Notes under the pieces: model-generated
Databases searched by the model: none
What the model saw: the letters and a program-made list of their open reading frames with translations, nothing else
Told to the model about the DNA's origin: nothing
Shown here: positions 9,529-18,422 of the stretch, piece after piece
How the letters are laid out: every line of letters starts with the position of its first letter
Numbering within the stretch: position 1 is the first letter of the stretch
Assembly: GCA_001766815.1 (NCBI GenBank)
Contig: LYOS01000001.1
Span: forward strand, 390,001 to 422,000
Direction of reading: 5' to 3'
DNA: 32,000 nt
Source: Candidatus Syntropharchaeum caldarium
GTDB lineage: Archaea; Halobacteriota; Syntropharchaeia; Syntropharchaeales; Syntropharchaeaceae
Program-made: the position numbers and the translations under genes

Positions 9529-10179
9529 TCACCCCACAGATCCCAGCCTGAAGTAACTCCCGCCTGGTTCTGATACAGGAAGAATATCAAACTGGTCGAT
9601 CCTGCATGCAAACTCAATATCATCCGCTTTTCCAAGCGAGATCAGATTTTTTGCAGATGCACCCCCCTCCACCAGTTCAAAAAGCACATCTACAGCAGGT
9701 ACCTCGCCTGATACGATGATGAGTGCAGCAAAGAGATCTTCGAGTGCGATCCTTCCTCTTCGCCTGCATGGGTAAATCTCAAGTGAATCAGTGGAGGATA
9801 CAAGCTTGATGCAGGCGCTGAGGTTGAGAAACGATCCCGCATAGACCCTTGTCCTCTTTGCCTTCACATACGCCTTTGAGAAGTTTGTTGTTTTAAGCAA
9901 AACCTCTTTTCCCGAGAGATCGATGCTGCTGATCGTGCTGGGTGAATTATCATAATCGAAACCTTCAAGCTTTATCCCCTCCTTCTCACCTATCCTGATC
10001 ATCCCCTCGCCTGTATCCAGATCCTCATCCACGACAGATACAGCCGTTGCACCCATTGCAAAGGCTGTTACGATTGTGGTTGTCGCACGAAGTATATCGA
10101 TCATCAGTATTGGGCGTTCTTCTGCTACCGCTGCTTCGAGTCCAGCCTCATCCCAGAGGATCCTGCTATTTTCTTTCAT
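9529..10179 (-). CDS. comB: 2-phosphosulfolactate phosphatase (coenzyme M biosynthesis)
   Basis: 216 aa. IDILRATTTIVTA, GEKEGIKLEGFDYDNSP and LKTTNFSKA follow the ComB family pattern. Confidence 0.75.
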   Translation of the reverse strand: MKENSRILWDEAGLEAAVAEERPILMIDILRATTTIVTAFAMGATAVSVVDEDLDTGEGMIRIGEKEGIKLEGFDYDNSPSTISSIDLSGKEVLLKTTNFSKAYVKAKRTRVYAGSFLNLSACIKLVSSTDSLEIYPCRRRGRIALEDLFAALIIVSGEVPAVDVLFELVEGGASAKNLISLGKADDIEFACRIDQFDILPVSEPGGSYFRLGSVG

Positions 10180-10876
10180 AAACGGTCACATCTTCAACTT
10201 CAGCCTCTCTAAAGCCTCGCTTTCGATGCTGGCACGCCTCACACCTTCCACAGTGAAGATCCCCACTCAAATAACACGACCATGTTAAACCAAGTGGCGC
10301 ACCTACCTCAACCCCTTTCCTCACGATCTCACGCTTGAAGTATCCAATAAGCGGCGCCCTCACCGTAATCGGATCTGTAAAACTTGCAACAGCATGTTCA
10401 AGCACATCATTGAACCGCTCAAGGAATGTCGGGGTGTTGTCAGGGTATGATTGAGCCTCTTCAGCATTGAAACCGACAAATACAGTGGATGCCCCGATTG
10501 ACTCGGCATAGGCGGATGCAACAGCAAGAAGAACCAGATTCCTGCATGGAACCCATGTATCAGGTGTGGATGTACCATCAAGCTCAACCCGCTCATCAAT
10601 CGGTATCTCGATCGATCTATCTGTGAGGGCAGACCCCCCAAAAGCCCCAAGAAATCCAAGATCAACGAAGACCAACTCCTTTGCCCCAAGCTCCTCACTG
10701 ATTCGCTTTACCGCCTCGATCTCCCTCTCTTCTGCGATCTGTCCATAGCTTGCATGGAGGATATGGAGTTCATACCCCTCTCGCGCTGCAATTGTAGCAG
10801 CAACGGTTGAATCAAGCCCTCCTGAGCAGACACAGACTGCTTTTTCACCTCTGACAGTACAAGTCATGCTTCTCAT
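10166..10876 (-). CDS. queC: 7-cyano-7-deazaguanine synthase
   Basis: 236 aa with the PP-loop SGGLDS and the C-terminal zinc motif CYLSGDLHCGRCEAC. Confidence 0.85.
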   Translation of the reverse strand: MRSMTCTVRGEKAVCVCSGGLDSTVAATIAAREGYELHILHASYGQIAEEREIEAVKRISEELGAKELVFVDLGFLGAFGGSALTDRSIEIPIDERVELDGTSTPDTWVPCRNLVLLAVASAYAESIGASTVFVGFNAEEAQSYPDNTPTFLERFNDVLEHAVASFTDPITVRAPLIGYFKREIVRKGVEVGAPLGLTWSCYLSGDLHCGRCEACQHRKRGFREAEVEDVTVYERK

Positions 10877-11613
10877 GAAATCCGACCTGTATAAATTCTC
10901 ATCCCATGCTGGCTCACAAACCCGATGATCGTCATCCCTGTTATCTTTCCTATCTCAACTGCGAGGGATGTTACAGCGCCTTTTGAGAGGATGATTGGAA
11001 TCTCAACTGCTACACACTTCAGAACCATATCTGAGGAGATTCTACCAGTTACTCCCACAAATGTCTCTTTGAAGTCGATATTCTCACCGATGGCATACCC
11101 TATCACCTTATCGAGTGCATTGTGTCGCCCTATATCATCAGCTATTACGATCTCACCCTCTTTATTGAAAAGTCCGACTGAGTGAACCCCTCTTGTTCTT
11201 CTGTGAATCTCTGAACCCAGCACCCTGCTCATGCTTTCTGATGCCATTCTCCAATCGATCGTAAATTCGGTATTTATTCTTGGAAGTTTGGATTCGTCCA
11301 GAAATGATGAACCACCGCCACACCCGCTTAAAACAACTTTTTTAAGGTTAACAATTCCAAGTGGATCTTTTAAAAGCACTTTCGCAATATTCTCCTCAAT
11401 CTGGATCGATTCTATCTCATCACATGCTTTTACAACCTTTTCTGCAAAGAGATGCCCGATCACAAACTCTTTTATCATGGAAGGGCTTATCATAGCGGTC
11501 TGAACCCACCGTCCATTGACGTACAGTGCAAGTGGCATCTCCTCGACAACCTCTTCCACTGCTTCGCTGGATTCACCATCAGTCATCCTGATGACTGTGA
11601 TCTCCTCTATCAC
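10873..11613 (-). CDS. fdhD: FdhD-family sulfurtransferase (formate or formylmethanofuran dehydrogenase accessory protein)
   Basis: 246 aa with the family motif DDIGRHNALDK and a Cys loop SGCGGGS. It overlaps queC by 4 nt and directly abuts the cysteine desulfurase stop codon. Confidence 0.8.
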   Translation of the reverse strand: MIEEITVIRMTDGESSEAVEEVVEEMPLALYVNGRWVQTAMISPSMIKEFVIGHLFAEKVVKACDEIESIQIEENIAKVLLKDPLGIVNLKKVVLSGCGGGSSFLDESKLPRINTEFTIDWRMASESMSRVLGSEIHRRTRGVHSVGLFNKEGEIVIADDIGRHNALDKVIGYAIGENIDFKETFVGVTGRISSDMVLKCVAVEIPIILSKGAVTSLAVEIGKITGMTIIGFVSQHGMRIYTGRIS

Positions 11614-12801
11614 CTACATCACCTTTGTTATCCTTTCAACTGTGGCAAGCAGAGTCTCCACTTCATCCTCGGTGTTGTAGAGATACAGCGATGCCCTCAC
11701 AGATCCATCGATATGCATGTATGCCATCAACGGTGATGCGCAGTGGTGTCCTGATCGTACCATGATATTCGAGGACTCATCGAGGATATGGGCAACATCA
11801 TGTGGATTCAAACCATCTATATTGAAAGATACTGTTCCAACACGCTTTTCTGGATCTGGATCGCCATATACCTCCACCCTCTCGATCTCGCGAAGCCCTT
11901 CAATGAGCTGCCCCGTGAGCTGTTCTTCATGAGACCTCAATTCGTCCATCCCCACCTCTTCGAGATACTCACATGCCCGAGAAAGTCCAATCGCACCTCC
12001 AATATTGGGTGTTCCACCCTCAAATCGCTCATATCCCCCGGCAAACTCGTAATGATCGAGTGTCACCTCCTCTATCATTCCTCCGCCAAGAAAGAGCGGC
12101 TCAATCACAGGTTCTCTCATCCACAAGACACCTGTTCCTGTGGGGCCAAGCATCTTATGACCTGAAAAGCAGAGAAAATCCAGACCAGACGCTTCAACAT
12201 CTACCTTCAAATGTGGAACCGACTGGGCACCATCCACAAGCACCAGTACACCCCGATCCTTGCAGATCCTGACAATCTTTTCTATGGGCTGGATCGTTCC
12301 AATAGCATTGGACGCATGTGTGAGTGCAACAAGTCTCGTTCTATCTGTTATTGCAGCCTCAAAATCAGCTGGATCGAGTATGCCATTGCTTTCTGGATTT
12401 ATAATCTCAACTTCTACCCCGATCTCTCTCAATCTGAGCCATGGAAGAAGATTTGAGTGGTGTTCGAGTATAGAAGTGATGATCTTATCTCCTTTCTGCC
12501 ATTTTATCCCGGATGCAACGGTATTTATCCCTTCTGTCGTATTTTTCGTGAAAACAATCACTCCTGATCCTGCATTAATGAAATTTGCAACCGTGCTGTG
12601 CGCATTCTCATACTTCGCCGATGCGATCTGGGATAGATGATGCACCCCCCGGCCTACATTTGCGTTGTAGCTCCTGTAATATTCAAGGGTTGCATCAAGA
12701 ACCGGTTCTGGCGTTAAACTCGTTGAAGCACTGTCCATGTAGATTAGACCCCTGTGTTCGGAAAAAATTGAAAAATCCGCTCGTATCTTTTCAGGATTCA
12801 T
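11614..12801 (-). CDS. Cysteine desulfurase, group II (SufS/CsdA-type)
   Basis: 395 aa with the PLP-lysine motif SGHKMLGPTGTGVL and the active-site loop RSGHHCASP typical of group II desulfurases. Confidence 0.85.
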   Translation of the reverse strand: MNPEKIRADFSIFSEHRGLIYMDSASTSLTPEPVLDATLEYYRSYNANVGRGVHHLSQIASAKYENAHSTVANFINAGSGVIVFTKNTTEGINTVASGIKWQKGDKIITSILEHHSNLLPWLRLREIGVEVEIINPESNGILDPADFEAAITDRTRLVALTHASNAIGTIQPIEKIVRICKDRGVLVLVDGAQSVPHLKVDVEASGLDFLCFSGHKMLGPTGTGVLWMREPVIEPLFLGGGMIEEVTLDHYEFAGGYERFEGGTPNIGGAIGLSRACEYLEEVGMDELRSHEEQLTGQLIEGLREIERVEVYGDPDPEKRVGTVSFNIDGLNPHDVAHILDESSNIMVRSGHHCASPLMAYMHIDGSVRASLYLYNTEDEVETLLATVERITKVM

Positions 12802-13682
12802 ACACCACCTTCATTCACCAGCATAGCAACAAGATTGCCCTGATTTACGCCGATGCTATCTGCAACAGGGGCGCACTTTGCCCGCAGAATATAGATGAGC
12901 CTGCCTGAAAGCTCGGTCTCAAACTCTGAGATTACCTCATAGTTCCCCATCCCCTTGGCAATTACCAGATAATCCTCGTTCCATAGATGTTCAAGAAAGT
13001 CTGGATCTGCCTCATCCGGCGAAAATCCTACAAACGATCCAGTTGGTATAATTTGAATATCAAAGTCTGCAAACTCATTCACATCATCAACGGTTGCATC
13101 ATTCAGTATTGGAGATGATTTTGGAGATATAATAACCTCTTTACCCATCTCGATAAGTTCTTCTATGAAGAATAGGTCGAACACAATCTCACCTGCATTA
13201 TCTGTCAGATAGAGTATCTTTGAGGCGTTTTTGATACGATTCAGAACATCTTCCACATTACCAGTGATAGGTTCTCGCAAAAGATTCTCAAACTCAGATC
13301 GAAATGCAGTGTGGTCAAAATTATGCCCTTTCACACCATATTCCATTGAGTTTCCCGCTGCAGCGATGGTCAACAACATTTTTAGCCTGTCCTGTGATTG
13401 TTCGTATGCTTTTTTAGCAATATCAAGTAGTTTAACAGCAATCTCATTACTGCTCCTTTTTAGCTCAAGATACGGATCCTCGTTACCACTTATACGAACA
13501 AGTATCCTTTCTCGCTCGGTTCCAATTTTAGCAGGCGTCGCATCGATGTCAAAGTTTTCTGAGGCATATTTCATGAGTTCTTTCAAAAACCTGATCTTCT
13601 CTTCGTCATTGGCTAATACAAGGTCTGCTTCATAGTTCGCTCGTTCAAAGAGACACGAGGCGCATACGGGTCGAACTTTCAT
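12798..13682 (-). CDS. DUF89 (ARMT1-like) damage-control phosphatase family protein
   Basis: 294 aa. The N-terminal CASCLFERA and the central DNAGEIVFD motif fit the DUF89 family. There is a 4-nt overlap with both neighbours. Confidence 0.7.
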   Translation of the reverse strand: MKVRPVCASCLFERANYEADLVLANDEEKIRFLKELMKYASENFDIDATPAKIGTERERILVRISGNEDPYLELKRSSNEIAVKLLDIAKKAYEQSQDRLKMLLTIAAAGNSMEYGVKGHNFDHTAFRSEFENLLREPITGNVEDVLNRIKNASKILYLTDNAGEIVFDLFFIEELIEMGKEVIISPKSSPILNDATVDDVNEFADFDIQIIPTGSFVGFSPDEADPDFLEHLWNEDYLVIAKGMGNYEVISEFETELSGRLIYILRAKCAPVADSIGVNQGNLVAMLVNEGGV

Positions 13683-14380
13683 GGGATATCAAGCCCCTCC
13701 TTTCTGAAATATGCAATTACTTCCTCAATCTTTGCAGCATCGCTCGCACTCAACCTGATCTTAACTTTTTCTCCCCATTGTGGGTAAGAGCCAATCTTGA
13801 CATCAGGAAAGCGTTCTGATGCCTCTCTCAAGAGATCGGCGAGTTCAACCTCATATCTGGGAAGTGTTATCCATTTAACAACCGGTGCGTCATCCAGAAA
13901 ACGATCCGCGATTGAGTTAAACATCGCCTCCATCTCTTCGGGGACACCTGGTAGTACGATAAGTCGATCCACAATAAAGCCAGGGGCTGCTCCTACGGGG
14001 TTATCGATCACTTCACAACCTTCTGGAAGCTCACATAGCTTGAGTGTATGTTTTCCAGCCCCAAAACGCGGAATCAGAAGTGATCGAGCTTCTTCATTCT
14101 GAACGAGTTTTTTACCTGTTGCATAGGCGATCGCTTCACGTGTGATATCATCATGGGTTGGCCCAAGCCCGCCTGTTATGAATATCCAATCAGCCATCTC
14201 TTCACAGAAGTGGATCAGCTTTGAAATATCCTCGATCTCATCCCCTATAGCTGCACACATGCGCACAACAACCCCGTTATCGTGCAACCGCTTCGCGATC
14301 CACGTTGCATTGGTGTTTGTAATATCACCAGAAAGTATCTCATCACCGATCGTTATTATCGAAGCAGTGAGTGACATCAA
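13679..14380 (-). CDS. CinA-N-terminal-like, MoCF-biosynthesis (molybdopterin-binding) domain protein (COG1058-like)
   Basis: 233 aa. ASIITIGDEILSGDITNTNATWIAKRL and GGLGPTHDDITREA are hallmark motifs of this domain. Confidence 0.7.
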   Translation of the reverse strand: MMSLTASIITIGDEILSGDITNTNATWIAKRLHDNGVVVRMCAAIGDEIEDISKLIHFCEEMADWIFITGGLGPTHDDITREAIAYATGKKLVQNEEARSLLIPRFGAGKHTLKLCELPEGCEVIDNPVGAAPGFIVDRLIVLPGVPEEMEAMFNSIADRFLDDAPVVKWITLPRYEVELADLLREASERFPDVKIGSYPQWGEKVKIRLSASDAAKIEEVIAYFRKEGLDIP

Positions 14381-15675
14381 TCCTTCCTCCTTACAAGAAG
14401 TGTTAGTCCTTCAAGATCCACAATCTCGACCTCCTCATCTTCTGCAATCAAACCGCCCACGCTCTTTGCCCGCCAGATCTCACCATGAACCTTCACGCTA
14501 CCACCTCGTTCATCGATATCAGAGAGTGCTCGCGTCACAAGCCCAATCATTTCCTCTGCTCCTGTTGCAACCTTCCGTTTACGGGTTTTAATCACCGCAC
14601 CAATCCCAAATACAAAGAATAGAAGCGAGACAACCGTCATAACCACCACAACAGCGCCGAAAGATTTGAGCCAGTCCGAACCAAGCAATGGCTCCTGGGG
14701 TATCATCAACGCACCAAGAATCATGCATACGCCACCTCCAACCGTTAAAATGCCGTATGTGGGCGTCAGCGCTTCTGCGATAAAGAGCACAATGCCGAGA
14801 AGGAGCAGCAGAACTCCAAAGAGGTTTATATTGAAAAGACCCATGCCATAGAGTCCAAGAAGCAGCGATATAGCACCAATCATCTCTGGCACATACGTAC
14901 CAGGAGAGGAAAATCCAAATATGAGTCCATAGATGCCTATCAAAAAGAGAATGAAGGCGATCTCTGGTCTTCCAATCAGGTCCACAATCTCCACCCTGAA
15001 TGGACGCTCATGTACCATTATATCTGCTCCAGCAGTTTGAAGTGTTATTTCTCGCCCGTTGACGATGACTTTTCTGCCGTCCACAGCTTCAAGCAGCTCG
15101 TCTGTACCATCTGCGATCAGGTCGATGATGCCTGCATCCAGTGCCTCATTTGCGGTGAGACTGAGCGCTTCAGTCACAAATTGCTCGGCTATCGTGGCAT
15201 TTCTACCCCGTTCCTCGGCGATACTTCGCATATCTGCCGCAAAATAGTTCTTTGTCTTGTTTGCTATATCTGCCCCACCGCCGATCGGACCAATCGAGAC
15301 CGGGGTTGCAGCTCCTGTTGCAGTTCCAGGACTCATCGCAGCAACATGCCCTGTTATGAGGATGAAAGAACCAGCAGATGCTGCCATCGCGCCCTTTGGA
15401 GATACAAAGGTGATAACAGGTACATCTGCATTATCGATCGATTTTATGATCTCTTTTGTTGCAAATAGAAGTCCACCTGGTGTATCTATACGAATAATCA
15501 CTGCTTCTGCCCCGATTTCTTTAGCATGCGCTATGGCATCCTCGATATCAAGTGCACTCCCGCCTGTAACCGTGCCCTTCAAATCAACAACATAAACAAA
15601 TCGCTCTGTGCCACCCGCAACCCCACACATCTGTACCATTATAAGTGTGAGGATAAGGACTATCTGCCACCTCAT
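14377..15675 (-). CDS. NfeD-family membrane-bound ClpP-class serine protease
   Basis: 432 aa. It has a signal or TM segment, a ClpP-like domain (IRIDTPGGL, SAGSFI), several TM helices, and a C-terminal OB-like NfeD domain (VKVHGEIWRAKS). Confidence 0.8.
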   Translation of the reverse strand: MRWQIVLILTLIMVQMCGVAGGTERFVYVVDLKGTVTGGSALDIEDAIAHAKEIGAEAVIIRIDTPGGLLFATKEIIKSIDNADVPVITFVSPKGAMAASAGSFILITGHVAAMSPGTATGAATPVSIGPIGGGADIANKTKNYFAADMRSIAEERGRNATIAEQFVTEALSLTANEALDAGIIDLIADGTDELLEAVDGRKVIVNGREITLQTAGADIMVHERPFRVEIVDLIGRPEIAFILFLIGIYGLIFGFSSPGTYVPEMIGAISLLLGLYGMGLFNINLFGVLLLLLGIVLFIAEALTPTYGILTVGGGVCMILGALMIPQEPLLGSDWLKSFGAVVVVMTVVSLLFFVFGIGAVIKTRKRKVATGAEEMIGLVTRALSDIDERGGSVKVHGEIWRAKSVGGLIAEDEEVEIVDLEGLTLLVRRKD

Positions 15676-16316
15676 CGCCCAAACCTCCTTTCGCGTTTTT
15701 TAAAATCTCTAACCGCCCTTAAAAAGTCTATTTTTCTAAAATTAACCCAGCTAACATCTGTAAAATAAAGTTCTGAATATACAGCCTGCCATATCAAAAA
15801 ATCAGTAAGTTTGGTCGTCCCCGAGCGGATTATAAGATCTGGTGTGAAATTAAATATGAGCTTTGACTCGATTAACTTCTCGTCTATCTCTTCTGGAGTG
15901 ATATGCCCGGCTTTTACCTCTTCCATTATTTTACGGGTTGCATACACAAGTTCATCTCTCCCACCAAGACCAATTGATACATTTACACTATACCTCTCAT
16001 CGCCATTCTTTTTAACCCGTGAGGTCTGATGTGTGTAAACAGCGAGCTTTGCATCGATCGATTCAAGCTCATTATAGATGGTGGTTGTAAGCGTAGCTGG
16101 CATACCCCCTCCATTCTCCCGTGTGCTGATATATATGCATACATCAGGGATCGAGAGATCGAATGACCACTCAATGAACTGCCTGAGTTTCGATATTCCT
16201 GCTCGATCCCTGATATCGCTGGCTGAGATCACCAGAAGTATGTGATTGATCTCGACATCTTCAAGATCGCGTCTTAACATCGGCTCATAGAGTGGATACA
16301 GAAGCCTTTTTAGCAT
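15672..16316 (-). CDS. cis-prenyltransferase (UppS)-like protein with a divergent N-terminal active-site region
   Basis: The C-terminal half matches UppS (LIIRSGTTKLTDFLIWQAVYSELYFTDVSWVNF..RERRFG). The canonical HxAxIMDGNRRWA motif is replaced by HILLVISASDIRD. I chose the internal ATG at 16316 as the start because TTATAT lies about 27 nt upstream, giving leaderless-type spacing. The ORF track extends the frame to 16367. Confidence 0.6.
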   Translation of the reverse strand: MLKRLLYPLYEPMLRRDLEDVEINHILLVISASDIRDRAGISKLRQFIEWSFDLSIPDVCIYISTRENGGGMPATLTTTIYNELESIDAKLAVYTHQTSRVKKNGDERYSVNVSIGLGGRDELVYATRKIMEEVKAGHITPEEIDEKLIESKLIFNFTPDLIIRSGTTKLTDFLIWQAVYSELYFTDVSWVNFRKIDFLRAVRDFKKRERRFGR

Positions 16317-16423
16317 CAGATATAAATATGGAGATACTGAATATAATGTTTTGCCTGGGTGCAGCATCTGGCATATGCAGTGATAAGGATGGAAATTAGT
16401 TTATCTGGGAGGACGACATAAAT

Positions 16424-18397
16424 TTGTCTGATAGGGTGATACTTGGGGTTGATATTGCCAAACGCTCTAAGCACGGAAGGTATTACGCAGTCGTTCTTCG
16501 CAACGAGGCTGAGGGGACAGTTGAACGTTTTCAATCGATCAGCAGGTTCAAACTCATTCGGATGATCAGGCGCCTCCAGCCAGATCTCATCGCAACAGAC
16601 AACATCTATGAGTTTAGCAGTGAAAAAAGGAAAGATGACGGTTCGCTTGCTGAATTTCTGCGAGAATTGCCCTCCAATACAAAGGTGATCCAGGTAACAG
16701 GTGGAATCAAACAACAACCTCTGTCACGCCTTGTAAAGCGACTGAATCTCAAATTCAACCGTTTTAATCCACTCGATGAGGCAAACGCCTGCGCCCTACT
16801 TGCAGGAGCGGGCGTGGGTGATGAAGTACTCTTTCGTAAGGATAAGACACAGATCAAGGTGAGCAGGGCAAGAAGCATCGGTAAGGGAGGATGGAGTCAG
16901 AAACGGTACGGACGAAAGATTCATGCCGCTGTAAAGGAGAGGACAGATGAAATATGCGAATTCTTGAGAAACAACGGAATCGACTTCAATCTGAGTGTGA
17001 AAAAAGGTTTTGGTGGCTATGTAAACGCCATATTCTTAGTTGATGCCACCAGAGATAAAATTCGCCTTAGTTCTGGGAGAAGTGGTGATGTCCAGGTGAA
17101 GATCTCACCTGTTGAGCGGGAGCACATAGAGTTCAGAGAACAGTCAGAGTTGCAACCTGCACGAAAGCACACGATCGTTGGTATCGATCCTGGTACAACG
17201 ACTGCGGTTGCCATACTGGATTTGAACGGCAATTTGATCGAACTTTCAAGCTCAAGAACCCGCACCCCTGCCAAACTGATCGAGCTGATCGCAAGGACCG
17301 GGAAAACACTCATCGTAGCATCAGACGTTAACCCTGCACCTGGTAGCGTGGAGAAGATCAAACGGTCCTTCAATGCAATACTGCACGAACCACCAGAGTC
17401 GCTTGCAGTGGAGACCAAGATCGCACTGACAAAGTCCTTTGAGTACAGAAACGATCATGAACGGGATGCACTGGCTGCAGCGCTCGATGCATACAGAAGC
17501 CGTGAGCCGAAGTTTGAGCAGATTATGAAGAAGATTCCGCCTGGTGTGGACCCGGATGAGGTCAAGGCGCTTGTTATCAAAGGATCTACGATCGATGCGG
17601 CGATATCAAGTGTTGCAAGAGCGAATAGTGCGGATGGCACAGAGCAAAAAATAATCGGGGAAGAGACAGTAGATGAAGAGGTTTTAAAGCTTAAATCTGA
17701 TCTCAAAGAGGCTTATGGGCGGGCGAAACTCCTCAAAAATTATGTCAAGGAGCTTGAGGAGAAATTGAATGAGAAAGAGCGTGAGATTGAGTTGCTCAGG
17801 CTCAAGATCGAAACAGCACGCTCGCACGAGCGGAAAGAGGTTTTGCGGGAAAAAGAGCTTAAAAAGAGGGATAGCGAGATCAAACGTCTTAAAGGTATCA
17901 TCTGGGAATACAAAAAGGAGAATAAGGAGCTCCGATCTAAAATTGAAGAATTGAGACAGGTGAGAAAGCGGGAGATGCGAGGAGAGGGGATACCACTCAA
18001 GATAATCGAGGCTTTCAATAAAAATGCAATCATGAGAGTTGAGGAAGAATATGGCATCAGAGCGGGGGATATTCTTCTCTTCATGGATGCAAGCGGTGGT
18101 GGTGAGAGTACTGTCAGGATGCTCGCCGAGATCGGGATCAGGGCCGCAATTTACTTTGGAAAGATGTCACACACCGCATCCGATGCTTTCATCGAGCTGG
18201 GAATTCCCGCATTTAAGGCTGAAGAGCTTGATGTTCGGGTCACTGATGAGGTTGCTCTTGTTGATACAAATTTATTTGAGTCGGCAATCTCGAAGTGGAA
18301 CGAAGAACACGGATTAAAGATTAAAGAAAAGCAAAAAAAGTGGTTTGATGAGCTTGTGGATGAGTATCGCATAGCGAGAGAGAAGGAAAACCGATAA
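16424..18397 (+). CDS. DUF460 (COG2433-like) protein: RNase H-fold putative nuclease with a central coiled coil
   Basis: 657 aa. It has RuvC/YqgF-like motifs (VILGVDIA and IVGIDPGTTTAVAILDLNG) and a long Glu/Lys/Arg-rich heptad region at about aa 430-520. The start codon is TTG. Confidence 0.65.
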   Translation: MSDRVILGVDIAKRSKHGRYYAVVLRNEAEGTVERFQSISRFKLIRMIRRLQPDLIATDNIYEFSSEKRKDDGSLAEFLRELPSNTKVIQVTGGIKQQPLSRLVKRLNLKFNRFNPLDEANACALLAGAGVGDEVLFRKDKTQIKVSRARSIGKGGWSQKRYGRKIHAAVKERTDEICEFLRNNGIDFNLSVKKGFGGYVNAIFLVDATRDKIRLSSGRSGDVQVKISPVEREHIEFREQSELQPARKHTIVGIDPGTTTAVAILDLNGNLIELSSSRTRTPAKLIELIARTGKTLIVASDVNPAPGSVEKIKRSFNAILHEPPESLAVETKIALTKSFEYRNDHERDALAAALDAYRSREPKFEQIMKKIPPGVDPDEVKALVIKGSTIDAAISSVARANSADGTEQKIIGEETVDEEVLKLKSDLKEAYGRAKLLKNYVKELEEKLNEKEREIELLRLKIETARSHERKEVLREKELKKRDSEIKRLKGIIWEYKKENKELRSKIEELRQVRKREMRGEGIPLKIIEAFNKNAIMRVEEEYGIRAGDILLFMDASGGGESTVRMLAEIGIRAAIYFGKMSHTASDAFIELGIPAFKAEELDVRVTDEVALVDTNLFESAISKWNEEHGLKIKEKQKKWFDELVDEYRIAREKENR

Positions 18398-18422
18398 AAA
18401 GGATGGAGGAGTAAATTTACTG

